44,364 nt of DNA, from positions 1 through 44,364 of the IMG/VR virus record IMGVR_UViG_3300027697_000033, one strand, 5' to 3'. Within the stretch, counting starts at the first letter, position 1, and the number at the start of each line of letters is the position of its first letter. The DNA comes from a virus (lineage: Duplodnaviria > Caudoviricetes). The position numbers and the translations under genes are program-made. Shown here piece by piece: positions 44,226-44,364 of this stretch. The notes below the pieces were generated by a model. That model worked only from the letters and a program-made list of their open reading frames with translations, was not told the origin of the DNA and made no database searches.

Positions 44226-44364
44226 ATTAGGGGTTGCGTTTCACAATGTGAAATCGCATCTCACAATGCGGAATAGGGGGCTTTTCCTATTTGTCGATAC
44301 CCCTTTTTTAGACCCCCACCCCCCACGGCCCGGGGGCCCCACAAAGCGCAAGTTTGTATATTTT

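Noticed and set aside
1-44364. Prophage or host DNA (suggested by fab-like, acpS and sigma genes)
   Set aside because: These genes are translationally coupled to phage replication genes; no integrase, att site or host gene block is visible

Overview
Partial genome (about 44 kb) of a tailed dsDNA phage with podovirus-like tail and ejection genes. The host is probably a freshwater proteobacterium (inference only). Positions 1-15509 (+ strand) hold the end of the lysis genes, then head-tail/tail and internal (ejected) virion protein genes. Positions 15511-34400 (- strand) hold replication and metabolism genes: family A DNA polymerase, class II RNR, SSB, Cas4-like exonuclease, SNF2 helicase, VRR-NUC, HNH, and a primase-helicase next to an iteron origin. 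Positions 34500-43700 (- strand) are an early region of small genes plus a MoxR-like AAA / VWA-HExxH pair, followed by a motif-dense non-coding end. Portal, large terminase and major capsid genes are not in the window. Most unusual items: (1) an 81-nt RNA that looks like the tRNA-like domain of tmRNA with no mRNA-like domain; (2) a ketosynthase + ACP + AcpS trio; (3) a sigma70-type factor lacking region 4, a separate sigma4-like gene, and a conserved TTTGCATTAGTA promoter motif with two alternative upstream elements; (4) a recurring hydrophobic-x-x-GG motif that delimits cargo modules (methyltransferase, small basic domain) in virion proteins; (5) strong enrichment of GTTTAAAC and cassette-like intergenic repeats in the early region. 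All assignments come from motif recognition by eye; no searches were run.
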